The notes under the pieces were generated by a model that was given only the letters and a program-made list of their open reading frames with translations, was not told the DNA's origin and did no database searches. This document shows, one piece after another, positions 28,258 through 37,801 of a stretch of DNA of 64,000 nt. The translations under genes and the position numbers were made by a program. Source of the stretch: Candidatus Omnitrophota bacterium (GTDB lineage Bacteria; Omnitrophota; Omnitrophia; Omnitrophales; Aquincolibacteriaceae); assembly GCA_016196545.1 (NCBI GenBank), contig JACPXM010000024.1, forward strand, positions 4,553 to 68,552. Reading direction: 5' to 3'. How positions within the stretch are numbered: position 1 is the stretch's first letter; each line of letters opens with the position of its first letter.

Positions 28258-31200
28258 TTAGGCCGAGGAGGCGATCGCTTCTCGAAAGGCCCGGACGGCC
28301 GAAAGCAAATGGTACTTGAAACGAGTTTCTCGAAATTCAGCAGTTGTTATCAGCGTTCGATTTTCCCTAATCTCCGAGCGCGCTTCCGGTTTATGAGCTT
28401 TATGCGTAGGGATCCCCACGGCATAATAATTTATTCCAAGTGCAGCCACTTCATCTGGATCATAAAAATGACGGCCGTCGACTAAACGAAGATACCTTGA
28501 CCTGGGCCTCCCTTTTTTGCTAAGTAAGATTTTCCCAATTTCCTTATACTCAGGCCAATCCGTGACAAGAATTTGAACATCTGTTCCGTGGACGGCCTGT
28601 TCCGCTTTAATATACCGACGAAACGCCGGTTTCCTTACCCCGACAGACCTTTCAAAATTAACAATCGCCTGATATTCAGGATCTGTTGCTCGGATCATGG
28701 CGCCTTCTTGGATTAATTTTTGAACAATCCCGATGGAAGGAGAATTCTCTATTGAATAAGAACCCGGCTTATAGGCCAAACCCAACACCGCCACCTTTTT
28801 TCCCCTCAAGGTTCCTCCAACAGCCTCTTTGACCTTATCAATGTAGAGATCAATTTGCCGCCCATTGATCTGTTGGATAGCAGTAATAAAGGGGATTTGG
28901 TTCATTTCTTCTGGTGAAATGGGCAATCCAAATTCAGTCAGGATATCCTTTCGAATCTCTCGATAAGACTCCATGTAGCTTTGCGGAAGATAATGTCGGA
29001 CGAGCTCTGTAAAGTATTCCAAGGTATGATGAAGCTCATATCCTCCAAACCCTAATCCGGGTTGCAGGTAGAGGCTCCCTACAACAGGATCATGGCCGAG
29101 TCCCTTTAACACATCACGGATATTGGCTCTTTTTTTATCAGAAACTTCAGCAAGATGGTTAATGAAAGCCAGCCGTATGGCGAGAAACAACTGCCTCACC
29201 TTTTCAATAAAAACTTCTTTATCGATCTTCGCTGGGATTTTTGAGCGACCTATTCCCTCATATTTGTAACCAAGATTCTTCAATTCGTTAGGATTCCAAA
29301 TATTGCGGCCATCAAACAGGTGCGGCAGTGGCTGATCTTGGCGTCGGAATAAACCCGCTAGCTTTTGAAAATCTATTTTTTTATATAACCCCCACTCTGT
29401 TACAAGAACAACCGCGTCGGCTCCTTCCATCATTTCTCCGTAAAGATCGGAATCGTGTTCATAGTAGGTTACGCCCCGATCCTCTTTTAAGGGGCCTTCT
29501 GCCAGTTCTCGGGTCGCTACGGGATCGTGCACAGAAACATGAGCCCCTCGTTTTAGTAAATCTTGAACAATGTAACTTGAACGTGCCTCACGGACATCGC
29601 TTGTCTCTGGCTTGAAAGACCCTCCAAGAATCACGATTTTTTTGCGCTCAACACCGCCCAATTGATTCACAATTTTCTGAACAAAGTTTTTCCATTGCAA
29701 CTCATTAATGGCTTGGACATCCAAAAGCAAATCATAGGGAATCCCTTCTTCATGAGATTGGCGTGTGTAAGCGGCGATATCTTTCGGAAAACAGGATCCA
29801 CCGTAACCAATTCCGCAACTTAGAAAAGCGCGAATTATACGAGGGTCTACACCAATCGCATCCGCGATTTCTTCAATATCCAATCCCAAGGCTTCCGCAA
29901 GCCAACTGATGAAACTGATAAATGAAATCTTAGTCCCACGAAAACCATTGGCACCATATTTAACCTCAGCGGCACTGCGCGTACCCATCAGAATGATCGG
30001 CATATCTTTATAAACAAATGCTGGATTTCGATTGGCCGGATTATAAAGGGCAGCTATTTTTTCTGCGATGGCAAGATCTTCTGCACCAATCACAATGCGT
30101 CCCGACTCACCTAGAGCATCTTCCAACTCCTTACCTTCACGAAAAAATTCAGGTTCTCTGGCAATCCACAGCCGCTTTTGCGAAGATCCTTCGCGCAATC
30201 CGGATCGATTCGATTCAGTCGACTTCCTTTCCTGAATGATCTCATCAATAATTTTTGTTAATTCACTTTCAACTTCTGGAGGAGATGTGCTCTTATTCAC
30301 AATAATAAGGTCTTGATCTAAAGCAACGGTTTGGGCAATGGCTTCAACGGCCTTTTTTAAATAAGTGATATCGGCTTCTCCGGTTTTGCTTTGCGGTGTC
30401 GGTAGCGCTAAAAAAACAATTTCTCTGCCGCGAAGAGCTTCGGCGAGATCCGAAGTAAACCGTAGTCTCCCGGTCTGCAAGCCTTGCTGCAAAAGTCCTT
30501 CCATGCCAGGCATATAGTGCACAAGTTTGCCTTGCTGCAGGGCCGCAATTTTGGAGGTATCGATATCATACCCTACCACATCATGACCTCTGAGCATGGC
30601 ATCGGCAATGGCCTTCGCCGTACCCACAAAGCCTATTCCTATCACCGCAATTTTTGCAGGTTGATGTTCGGGCCATTTACGAACTTCTGATCGTAAGCCC
30701 GTAGAACGCCAGATGAAATCAAAGTTTTTTGTGTCCATCGTAATCAATTCGGCGGGAATCGCGTTTAGGGGGGGCGACAATCCCGAAATAGAATTCAAAA
30801 CGGGATGCCGGAGAAGGGCCTCTGATTTTTCCAAGGGATTGATTTTGCTCTCTAAAAGGGCCTTTAGAAAGATCGCCTGCTGTCGATTTAAGGTCTCCTT
30901 GGTATAAACTGAGACAGCTTCATTTTCACCGCGCAGGACGCGTTGGTAAAGACTTTCCTCCAAAGGTAAAAAATTCGGCTGAATCGAGGCATAGCCTGTC
31001 CCGCGACTCTTCATGATAGCGTGAAGCCCCGCTGCATGAAAACCTCCGGTAATCAAAAGGACCGAAGAGGCCTTCATCCATTGCGCCTCACGAAGAGCAT
31101 TTTCATAGAGCACGAGGTCTCGCGCCCTGGCATCGGAATAAAAACGAAGAGCTGCCTTTACGAAGGGATTTAGTTTTTCAATCCGAATACCCTTCCGCGA

Positions 31201-32211
31201 GGCCGTGGCATATTCTTGCGGGGTCAGTTCAAGTTTCAGAAGCTTCTCTAGAAAATGAAAGTTTTTCCAATCCTTGCCCCACCGGCGCTCCTCTTCCTTG
31301 ACTGTGAGCTTGTCCAAAAGGGCCGATTCGAGCTGGTCGATTTCGGCAAATAATGCATCTATTTTTATTTCAGAGAAAGGATCCTTTTCACCCAAAAACA
31401 TGAGGACGAGATTCGGAAAGCGAAGTCGTTCAATGCGATCCCCCAAATCAATCCCGAGGCGATTGAGAATTTCAGTTTTGAGATAGCTTAGATAAACCTC
31501 CAAGTTGGGGGAAGCTGGAATTTCGCCGCGGCGGCCGAGTTTCGTTCTCTCCCGTTTTTTTATAAATCGACGTAATTCCGGATTTAAAATTCTAGAAGCC
31601 CCTAATTCCAGCTGGTCCCTGAGAGGCCGGAGGGCCTTTTTAATTTCATCCTGGCTCAAAAGCAGCGAGCGATAGGTTCTGATGTTTTTTCGATAAAGCT
31701 CGGCATTCTCGATGCCCACAAATCGGATTTCCCTTTCCCTCACCCCTTTTTCCCTATCTGCTTTGCCCTCCTTATAGAATTCCCAAGCCGCCAGCTCAGC
31801 CCCCGTAAGCTCCCCTTTGTGCAATAAATTGTTAACGATGGCCTCATTGATTGAAGCATTCCCCGGAATCAGGTTTAAATATTCTGGATGAAGCTCTCCC
31901 ACACTTCCCTCGATGGCCACTAAAAGAGTTTCTGGGCGGCTTGCTTCAATAAATTTTATGATTTCCTTGATCTTAAACTGGGCATCAGGCTCACTATGGG
32001 CATCTTGAATATGAAAGATAAAGGGAGCAATTGATTTCTTATCGGGATCCGGTAATTGGATTTCTAAAACCCGTCCTAACTCGGAAGGTAGTTGGATTTG
32101 AAATTGATCCCGGACTTGTGCTAGAGCGGGGTAGGATCCGTGGAAGGACTGCAAACTAAAAGACAAGAGTAAGAGAAAAGTGATTTCTCTTGATTTGGCG
32201 ATAGCTCTCAT
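28258..32211 (-). CDS. 1317-aa multidomain protein: signal-like N-terminus, TraB/GumN/TIKI-like domain, a full UDP-glucose/GDP-mannose dehydrogenase module, and a second Cys-less central plus C-terminal dehydrogenase half-module
   Basis: aa 1-32: basic-hydrophobic-ALAQ signal-like segment. aa ~60-415: FHIQDAHS...VAIEGS...LLITGGFHAAGLHAIMKSRGTGYASIQP, which resembles the GTxH...E...GAGH...GY pattern of TraB/GumN/ChaN/TIKI. aa 518-985: KIAVIGIGFVGT, EPEFFREG, GIGYGGSCFPKD and ILGGSFKPETSDVREA. aa ~1000-1265: LQPGLGFGGYELHH (catalytic Cys absent) and AVLGLAYKPGSYSIENSP. The reading frame is uninterrupted. Confidence 0.7.
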   Translation of the reverse strand: MRAIAKSREITFLLLLSFSLQSFHGSYPALAQVRDQFQIQLPSELGRVLEIQLPDPDKKSIAPFIFHIQDAHSEPDAQFKIKEIIKFIEASRPETLLVAIEGSVGELHPEYLNLIPGNASINEAIVNNLLHKGELTGAELAAWEFYKEGKADREKGVREREIRFVGIENAELYRKNIRTYRSLLLSQDEIKKALRPLRDQLELGASRILNPELRRFIKKRERTKLGRRGEIPASPNLEVYLSYLKTEILNRLGIDLGDRIERLRFPNLVLMFLGEKDPFSEIKIDALFAEIDQLESALLDKLTVKEEERRWGKDWKNFHFLEKLLKLELTPQEYATASRKGIRIEKLNPFVKAALRFYSDARARDLVLYENALREAQWMKASSVLLITGGFHAAGLHAIMKSRGTGYASIQPNFLPLEESLYQRVLRGENEAVSVYTKETLNRQQAIFLKALLESKINPLEKSEALLRHPVLNSISGLSPPLNAIPAELITMDTKNFDFIWRSTGLRSEVRKWPEHQPAKIAVIGIGFVGTAKAIADAMLRGHDVVGYDIDTSKIAALQQGKLVHYMPGMEGLLQQGLQTGRLRFTSDLAEALRGREIVFLALPTPQSKTGEADITYLKKAVEAIAQTVALDQDLIIVNKSTSPPEVESELTKIIDEIIQERKSTESNRSGLREGSSQKRLWIAREPEFFREGKELEDALGESGRIVIGAEDLAIAEKIAALYNPANRNPAFVYKDMPIILMGTRSAAEVKYGANGFRGTKISFISFISWLAEALGLDIEEIADAIGVDPRIIRAFLSCGIGYGGSCFPKDIAAYTRQSHEEGIPYDLLLDVQAINELQWKNFVQKIVNQLGGVERKKIVILGGSFKPETSDVREARSSYIVQDLLKRGAHVSVHDPVATRELAEGPLKEDRGVTYYEHDSDLYGEMMEGADAVVLVTEWGLYKKIDFQKLAGLFRRQDQPLPHLFDGRNIWNPNELKNLGYKYEGIGRSKIPAKIDKEVFIEKVRQLFLAIRLAFINHLAEVSDKKRANIRDVLKGLGHDPVVGSLYLQPGLGFGGYELHHTLEYFTELVRHYLPQSYMESYREIRKDILTEFGLPISPEEMNQIPFITAIQQINGRQIDLYIDKVKEAVGGTLRGKKVAVLGLAYKPGSYSIENSPSIGIVQKLIQEGAMIRATDPEYQAIVNFERSVGVRKPAFRRYIKAEQAVHGTDVQILVTDWPEYKEIGKILLSKKGRPRSRYLRLVDGRHFYDPDEVAALGINYYAVGIPTHKAHKPEARSEIRENRTLITTAEFRETRFKYHLLSAVRAFREAIASSA

Positions 32212-32303
32212 GAATATTTTGGGGCCTAAAGCATATCTTTCTGTAATAATTTTATTGTGTTTATAAAATAATTAAGAAAAATGAATACATAAGGACATGC
32301 CAT

Positions 32304-32798
32304 TCAAGAAACATTTTCATGCAATGCCGAAAGTAAATCCGATAATTTTCGGTTAAGCCTTTCTACTTCCTGAAGGGGCGTTTCTTTAATAAGAGGGGCC
32401 GCGTGATGGTCGATCGTTTCTAGAAAATCTTTAAGGTCGAACGGCTTTAAAATGAAGTCTGAAATACCAAGAATGGCTGCATGCCGGCGGCTCTCGGGGC
32501 TGTCATAAGCGGTTATCATGATAAAACCCGATTTCCCAACACCCGCTTTGTCTTGGAATTCTTTGATGTGTTGAAGGGTCATCAGCCCGTCTAAGCCGGG
32601 CATTCGGATATCACAGAGCACCAAATGAAAGAATCCGCTTTTTGCCTTCCTAATTCCTTCCAGCCCGTTCGATGCCACATCTACGGAATACCCACCCCGT
32701 TCCAGCACCTTCTTCAGTGTACGCGTCAGAAGGGGGTCATCATCGATTACCAATACCCAGCCCTTCTCCATCTCTGTTTTGGGTGTCAGACCAACCAC
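32304..32798 (-). CDS. Single-domain response regulator (CheY-like receiver with a short C-terminal helix)
   Basis: VLVIDDDP...LVLCDIRMPGLDG...ITAYDS...ILKPF are receiver-domain landmarks, including the phospho-acceptor Asp. There is no output domain. Confidence 0.85.
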   Translation of the reverse strand: MVGLTPKTEMEKGWVLVIDDDPLLTRTLKKVLERGGYSVDVASNGLEGIRKAKSGFFHLVLCDIRMPGLDGLMTLQHIKEFQDKAGVGKSGFIMITAYDSPESRRHAAILGISDFILKPFDLKDFLETIDHHAAPLIKETPLQEVERLNRKLSDLLSALHENVS

Positions 32799-32998
32799 CT
32801 CCTTATTTTGCGGGAATCATTTTACATCTATATCGACTTCTAATCTAGGCGGTTAAAAACAAGGGCGGAAATGAATCGTCATCCTACCCTTGATGTCGCA
32901 TTTTAGGTAAATTGTGACATTATTTGGTAAAAAGTACGGGCGATTCTTTTCACATGCCCAAGTGAATATTTTCTTGCACAGGATACCTGCCGGTGCCC

Positions 32999-34258
32999 TT
33001 AAGTTTGAGTTTCGTTTTCATAAAACTCTTTGACTGCGAGATCGGCACAAATTGAACTCGCATCCCAGTCCATCAGCGTGATCCCATCCCCGCTTCGCGC
33101 GCGGCTTAAGGCCACATAAGCTTGACCGGGCTCCCACAAACCACGCAAACTGATATGGCAACGTTCTAGCGTGGTTCCCTGCACTTTATGAATCGTACTG
33201 GCATAAGCCAGGGTCACGGGAAAGTTCATCGCAAAAGCCGCCTCTTGGCCGTCATCATCCAGTAGGGTAAAAGTAAAGGTCTCGATTTCAAGGAGCCGCC
33301 CTCCCGCACGCACCAACAAGATATCATCTTCCAATTCCTCAAGTGTACCCACCGTACCGTTGATATAACGCTGCCTCGGATCATTCATACGCAACATCAC
33401 AAGCGCGTTTTTTTTAAGCTCCAGCACCTCGGGCACCGGCGCATCACGCTTCAGCCTTTCGATATAAATATCCGTACCGCCGTATTCGGTTTTATAGAAC
33501 CGCGACGGGCTATCAATTTCATTCAAACGGGCCCGGTTAAACGCATCCGTTTGTGCGCGCCTGGGAAATACATGCGGCACATTAGTCTCAACCTCATCCG
33601 CCCTAGTGAGCCTTTCATTTAAAAACATCCGCACACGCTCAGAGTTCTTTCCCCAACGGATGTCCTCAAGCACCTCCAAAAAGGCCGTATCTGCGGTGCG
33701 CTTAACTTCACGCAAAATGACTTTCTTAAAACATGACCGCTCCCAGGTCTTGGATAAAAAACACCACTCCTTTTCCCTCCCTCGCGTAATCGGCGGAAGT
33801 TGAGCAAAATCTCCCACCGCAATAATGCGGATGCCTCCCCAGGGAAGAGGTGATTTTTTCATGGCTCGTGCAATGTGCTCCGCGACGTCTAAGGTCTCGC
33901 CTGAGAGCATGGAAATCTCATCGATAACAAGCGTCGCGGTCTGTTTTAACCTTTTACGCAATCGCTTATTTTTTAAGGCCTTCTTGACCACGGCCTCCAC
34001 GCCGCCCTGCATAATACCCAACCCAAAAAAACTGTGAAACGTGCGCCCGGCAATCAGGATCGCTGCCGCACCCGTACTGGCTACGACTGGCACTTTCTCC
34101 GAGCATTGATCTAAAAACTCCCGAATCAAAAAACTCTTGCCCGTGCCGGGACCGCCGGTCAGAAAAAGGTTCTCCCGGCCCTCCGTAAGATCCCGAAACG
34201 CTTCAGTTTGTGAGGGCGTTAATTGTACCTTTTTCACGGCTTCTTTTATTTCAGGCAT
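32999..34258 (-). CDS. Pif1/RecD-family SF1 DNA helicase
   Basis: Walker A GGPGTGKSF, Walker B LVIDEISM, VGDFAQLPP, and C-terminal TIHKVQGTT and YVALSRA motifs. Confidence 0.8.
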   Translation of the reverse strand: MPEIKEAVKKVQLTPSQTEAFRDLTEGRENLFLTGGPGTGKSFLIREFLDQCSEKVPVVASTGAAAILIAGRTFHSFFGLGIMQGGVEAVVKKALKNKRLRKRLKQTATLVIDEISMLSGETLDVAEHIARAMKKSPLPWGGIRIIAVGDFAQLPPITRGREKEWCFLSKTWERSCFKKVILREVKRTADTAFLEVLEDIRWGKNSERVRMFLNERLTRADEVETNVPHVFPRRAQTDAFNRARLNEIDSPSRFYKTEYGGTDIYIERLKRDAPVPEVLELKKNALVMLRMNDPRQRYINGTVGTLEELEDDILLVRAGGRLLEIETFTFTLLDDDGQEAAFAMNFPVTLAYASTIHKVQGTTLERCHISLRGLWEPGQAYVALSRARSGDGITLMDWDASSICADLAVKEFYENETQT

Positions 34259-34359
34259 ATTCGATTCCGTTAATCCTGGCTTTGAGGGAAAGCTGACATT
34301 TGGTTTTAGGAAGCATCGGATTTTTCAGTCCGCGTGGCACCGGTAGTAACGACTCCGGT

Positions 34360-36237
34360 TTAGTACAACGTCTTTGGCGCAAAACCATACCGCAGCCAAA
34401 GAGGACCTAAAAGAAATCCCGCCACTAAAAGCAGGACCGGTAACAGTGAAAAACCCGAAGTCATCCAGATTCCGAAACCCGTCAGCCAAAAAAATATGGA
34501 AAGCGCGAAGGTCACCGTTGCTGTGATCCCAAAGTAAAACCGTTTGAGCGGCGCTCCGCCGTCATCGCCGGCGGCGAGAGCAGCCTTGCGCCAAAATCCG
34601 GGCGGTCTGACCCGGCGGTAAAAAGCCTGAAGCGTTTCTTCCGGCTCAGGCGGCGTTAGCTTCGTCACAAGCAGCATTCCGAGCGTCGAAACAAAAACGA
34701 GCACCATTAACTTCAAGCCTTCATTTAAGCCGGGGAAAAAATGGATCAGCACAAACGCAAGCGCCAAGGACAAGACACCGGCCGAAATTTCAGACCAAAT
34801 ATTAATGCGCGACCAAATCCATCTCAAAATCAAGACCGTGCCCAGGCCGCCTCCGAACAAAAGACTCAGGTGCCACGCCTTCTGAATCGATTCAAGCCGG
34901 ACCATAATCGCTAAAGCAATCACAAGAATCAGCAAGTTTGAGACGCGCGCCACCCAAACGAGTTCCGTGCGCTTGGGCGAACGTTTCATGAATTGTTCCA
35001 TCAGAAACCGCTTGTACAAATCATTCGACCAATAAGAAGCGCCCCAATTTAAGTGCGTGTCGACAGTCGAGGCCAAGGCCGCGAGCATACCCGTCAACAT
35101 CAGCCCCTTCGCGCCTACGGGTAAAAAATCGTTAATTCCCCGCGCGAACGTTTCTTCTCTCATTAAGGTAAAGGCACCCGAGACTTCTCCACCGATCGGA
35201 AGCGACTCGGCCGGGTAAAGAATTAAAAGGCCGAGCGCGATCGGAATCCAAAGCAGGCCGCGGAATAAAATTTGTCCGGTTGTAAAAATGATGGCGGCCA
35301 GTTTGGCTTGGCGGTCCGTCGAACAAGCCATCGTTCTTTGAGCGAGATAACCCGTACCGTCGGCATTCACTTGAGCAAACCATTGGACCGCGAGCACGCA
35401 GAAAAACAGCATCGTGAGCGGCTCAAAATCACTCGGACCAAAGGACAGAACGGAACGGGCGGTCTCAGGGCCGTAAAGATCGCTTAACCGGGTGCCCAAA
35501 GCGCCGAAGCCTCCGATTCGGTCGATCACGATCCAAGCGTAAACAGCGGTCGCGATCATGGCTAATGAAAATTGCACCACATCCGTGGCCACAACGCTTC
35601 TCAAGCCGCCGGTTGCCGAATAAAGCGCCGTAAAACTGACGATCGCCAAAATAGAAATGAAGTTGTTGGCCGAATAAACCCACACCGAAGGATGGTCTTT
35701 GAGAAGTGACGTGAGCACGAGATCGAATCGTTGGACGCCTTCGACTATTGGATTCATCAGCCACGCCGGAAGCCACTCGTGCCAAATCAAAAACGGTTCG
35801 GCAATGCGGGTCGCTGCAAGAAGCACCATCGCTAGAATCGTGCAATTGACAACCGTCCCGAGATGAATCGCTTTGAGCGCGCGCAGCAAAGCTGCCCACG
35901 TTCCGTGATAACGGACTTCGGTCAACTCCGCGTCCGTCAGCACCCGCGCGTTTCGCCATGCAGCTCCGAGCACAAAACCCATGAGTAAAAACGCGAGCGC
36001 GTAAATCCAAAGCCGCCACAGCGAAAAAATTCCGGCGGTCGCCACGAGACCCGTTACGAGAAGCGGCGTATCAGCGGCGTACTGAGTGGCTGCCATGCTC
36101 AATCCCGCCTGCCAGCCTTTTAGCGTTCTGCCGGCCAGAAAATATTCTTCGAGACCTTCTCGGGCTTTTTTTTGGTAGAAAAATCCGGTGAAAACAGAAT
36201 AGAAAACAAAGGCGAGGACGATCAGGAGATCGATCAT
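34360..36237 (-). CDS. Sodium:solute symporter family (SSF) transporter, substrate unknown
   Basis: 625 aa with about 14-15 TM helices. The N-terminus (EYFLAGRTLKGWQAGLSMAATQYAADTPL) is typical of SSF. The gene is noticeably more GC-rich by eye than the rest of the window. Confidence 0.7.
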   Translation of the reverse strand: MIDLLIVLAFVFYSVFTGFFYQKKAREGLEEYFLAGRTLKGWQAGLSMAATQYAADTPLLVTGLVATAGIFSLWRLWIYALAFLLMGFVLGAAWRNARVLTDAELTEVRYHGTWAALLRALKAIHLGTVVNCTILAMVLLAATRIAEPFLIWHEWLPAWLMNPIVEGVQRFDLVLTSLLKDHPSVWVYSANNFISILAIVSFTALYSATGGLRSVVATDVVQFSLAMIATAVYAWIVIDRIGGFGALGTRLSDLYGPETARSVLSFGPSDFEPLTMLFFCVLAVQWFAQVNADGTGYLAQRTMACSTDRQAKLAAIIFTTGQILFRGLLWIPIALGLLILYPAESLPIGGEVSGAFTLMREETFARGINDFLPVGAKGLMLTGMLAALASTVDTHLNWGASYWSNDLYKRFLMEQFMKRSPKRTELVWVARVSNLLILVIALAIMVRLESIQKAWHLSLLFGGGLGTVLILRWIWSRINIWSEISAGVLSLALAFVLIHFFPGLNEGLKLMVLVFVSTLGMLLVTKLTPPEPEETLQAFYRRVRPPGFWRKAALAAGDDGGAPLKRFYFGITATVTFALSIFFWLTGFGIWMTSGFSLLPVLLLVAGFLLGPLWLRYGFAPKTLY

Positions 36238-36480
36238 TTAACGGAAGATTTTTTTTATCCAGGAAAGAAACGCGATAAGCGTTCCTGATTTTCCTTCGTG
36301 AAGTTCGGCTCCGCAGAAAATACAGCTCAGAGCATCAGGAGGGGCTGTTTGCCGGCATGCGGAACAAACGACCGGCTGCTGGCCTTCCCAATCTCCCTGG
36401 GCCCACTTGTGCCTCAGTTTTTCGGGAGGCTTTTCGGCTTCGATCTCCCAGTCTTTCGGTTCATCGTCTGAAAAAGCCAT
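36238..36480 (-). CDS. Small zinc-ribbon protein
   Basis: 80 aa with CSAC...CIFCG (CxxC-x12-CxxC) and a C-terminal amphipathic/hydrophobic helix. The stop abuts the SSF start codon. Confidence 0.45.
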   Translation of the reverse strand: MAFSDDEPKDWEIEAEKPPEKLRHKWAQGDWEGQQPVVCSACRQTAPPDALSCIFCGAELHEGKSGTLIAFLSWIKKIFR

Positions 36481-36489
36481 ACTCTCCCG

Positions 36490-36942
36490 TTAATGCATGT
36501 TCTCATTGAATTCGTAACCGGACTTCATCCTGACCATGTCCCTGGCATTCGGTTTCGAGCTCAGAGATTTTTTCAACGAATCGGCTTCCTTGAAAGCCTC
36601 GTTCTTGATCCCCTCCAGATCAGGCTGCTTCAAATAAATATTGGGGTGTTTCGGCGTAGTGGGAATTTTTCGTTGAACGGTTTCTTCACTTTCCGTCCGG
36701 TATTCGATTTCGCCATCTTCGACTTCCAAACCGGAGACTTCTGAAAAACTTCTGGAGGCCGGATTGGAAGCAACAGGTACCGGTGGAGCTATAGGAGGTT
36801 GTAAGAGCGGCGGAGGTCCCGTCTGCGGCATAAACAGGGGCATCATACTAAAATTTTCAGAACTCTGCAGCGAACTGAATAGGGGCGTTCCAGGAGGTTG
36901 GTCCGTAACCGGGGTCATATTTTGACTTCCCTTCGGCACCAT
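36490..36942 (-). CDS. Pro-rich hypothetical protein
   Basis: 150-aa ORF with low-complexity Pro-rich N-terminal and charged C-terminal halves. See the finding on a possible upstream frameshifted signal peptide. Confidence 0.35.
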   Translation of the reverse strand: MVPKGSQNMTPVTDQPPGTPLFSSLQSSENFSMMPLFMPQTGPPPLLQPPIAPPVPVASNPASRSFSEVSGLEVEDGEIEYRTESEETVQRKIPTTPKHPNIYLKQPDLEGIKNEAFKEADSLKKSLSSKPNARDMVRMKSGYEFNENMH

Positions 36943-37245
36943 CTGGGAGGTCCTGCCATGGATATGAACAAAAGCTCAGGCTCCATTTCCTGTTGGTCAT
37001 CGGCGAGAAAGGCTGAGTTAAAAATGAAACTTCCGGCAGCGAACACGAAGTCTAGAATCAGAAATTCTTTCCTCATACGGGAAATTCTTGCATGCAATCG
37101 GCCTTAGGTCAATCCTAAAGTGTCATTCATTGGGATCGCGCTTACACTTCGGATCGGACATTCGCGGACCACATTGAGCATGAATGTTTTACAATGCCGG
37201 CAGCGTTTTACGCCTTCCATAACGCCGTAAACTTCTTTTCTTGTT

Positions 37246-37659
37246 TTAATCTTGGATAAAAATGCGGACACCGTCCGAACCGCCGCCCCGGGATGAACGG
37301 ATTAAGTCGTCAAATTTTTTGCGCAGCCAGCGCTTGAAGAACATACGGGTCGCCGGAATCAAAAGAAAAAGACCGGTCAAGTCGGTCAGCAGTCCGGGTG
37401 TAATCAAAAAAAGCCCGGCTACCAGCAAAATCAGCGCATCGATTAGTTCTTCAGCGGGCACGTGACCTGCGCGGAGTTCGTTTTGAATGTTAACCCACGT
37501 GCGGAAGCCTTCGAGTCTGGCAATGACCGCGCCCACGAAGCCGGTCACAATGACCAGAAGCACTGTCGGCCAGAATCCAAACGCCTCGCCCATTTTGATC
37601 AGGATCAATATTTCCAGCAACGGAACGGTGATAAAGATGAGCAGTAATTTAGCAAACAT
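37246..37659 (-). CDS. fxsA: FxsA family inner-membrane protein
   Basis: LLIFITVPLLEILILIKMGEAFGFWPTVLLVIVTGFVGAVIARLEG and LITPGLLTDLTGLFLLIP match the FxsA pattern. Confidence 0.75.
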   Translation of the reverse strand: MFAKLLLIFITVPLLEILILIKMGEAFGFWPTVLLVIVTGFVGAVIARLEGFRTWVNIQNELRAGHVPAEELIDALILLVAGLFLITPGLLTDLTGLFLLIPATRMFFKRWLRKKFDDLIRSSRGGGSDGVRIFIQD

Positions 37660-37801
37660 ACACGATTATGCTACTTACGATGAATGCCCGGCGCAACCTT
37701 TTTATGAAGTAGCACGCTCCTTAATTAAATAGCTTGAGTTAAATAAGTTACACCGCTTTTGATGTAAGTTTTTGCTGGGGCTTATTAACGGGAAAAAAAA
37801 G

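Noticed and set aside
37104-37220. 38-aa Cys-containing ORF (MEGVKRCRHCKTFMLNVVRECPIRSV...) in the 300-nt gap downstream of fxsA
   Set aside because: It has no convincing Shine-Dalgarno sequence or recognisable family, and it is short enough to arise by chance. I noted it only as a possibility.
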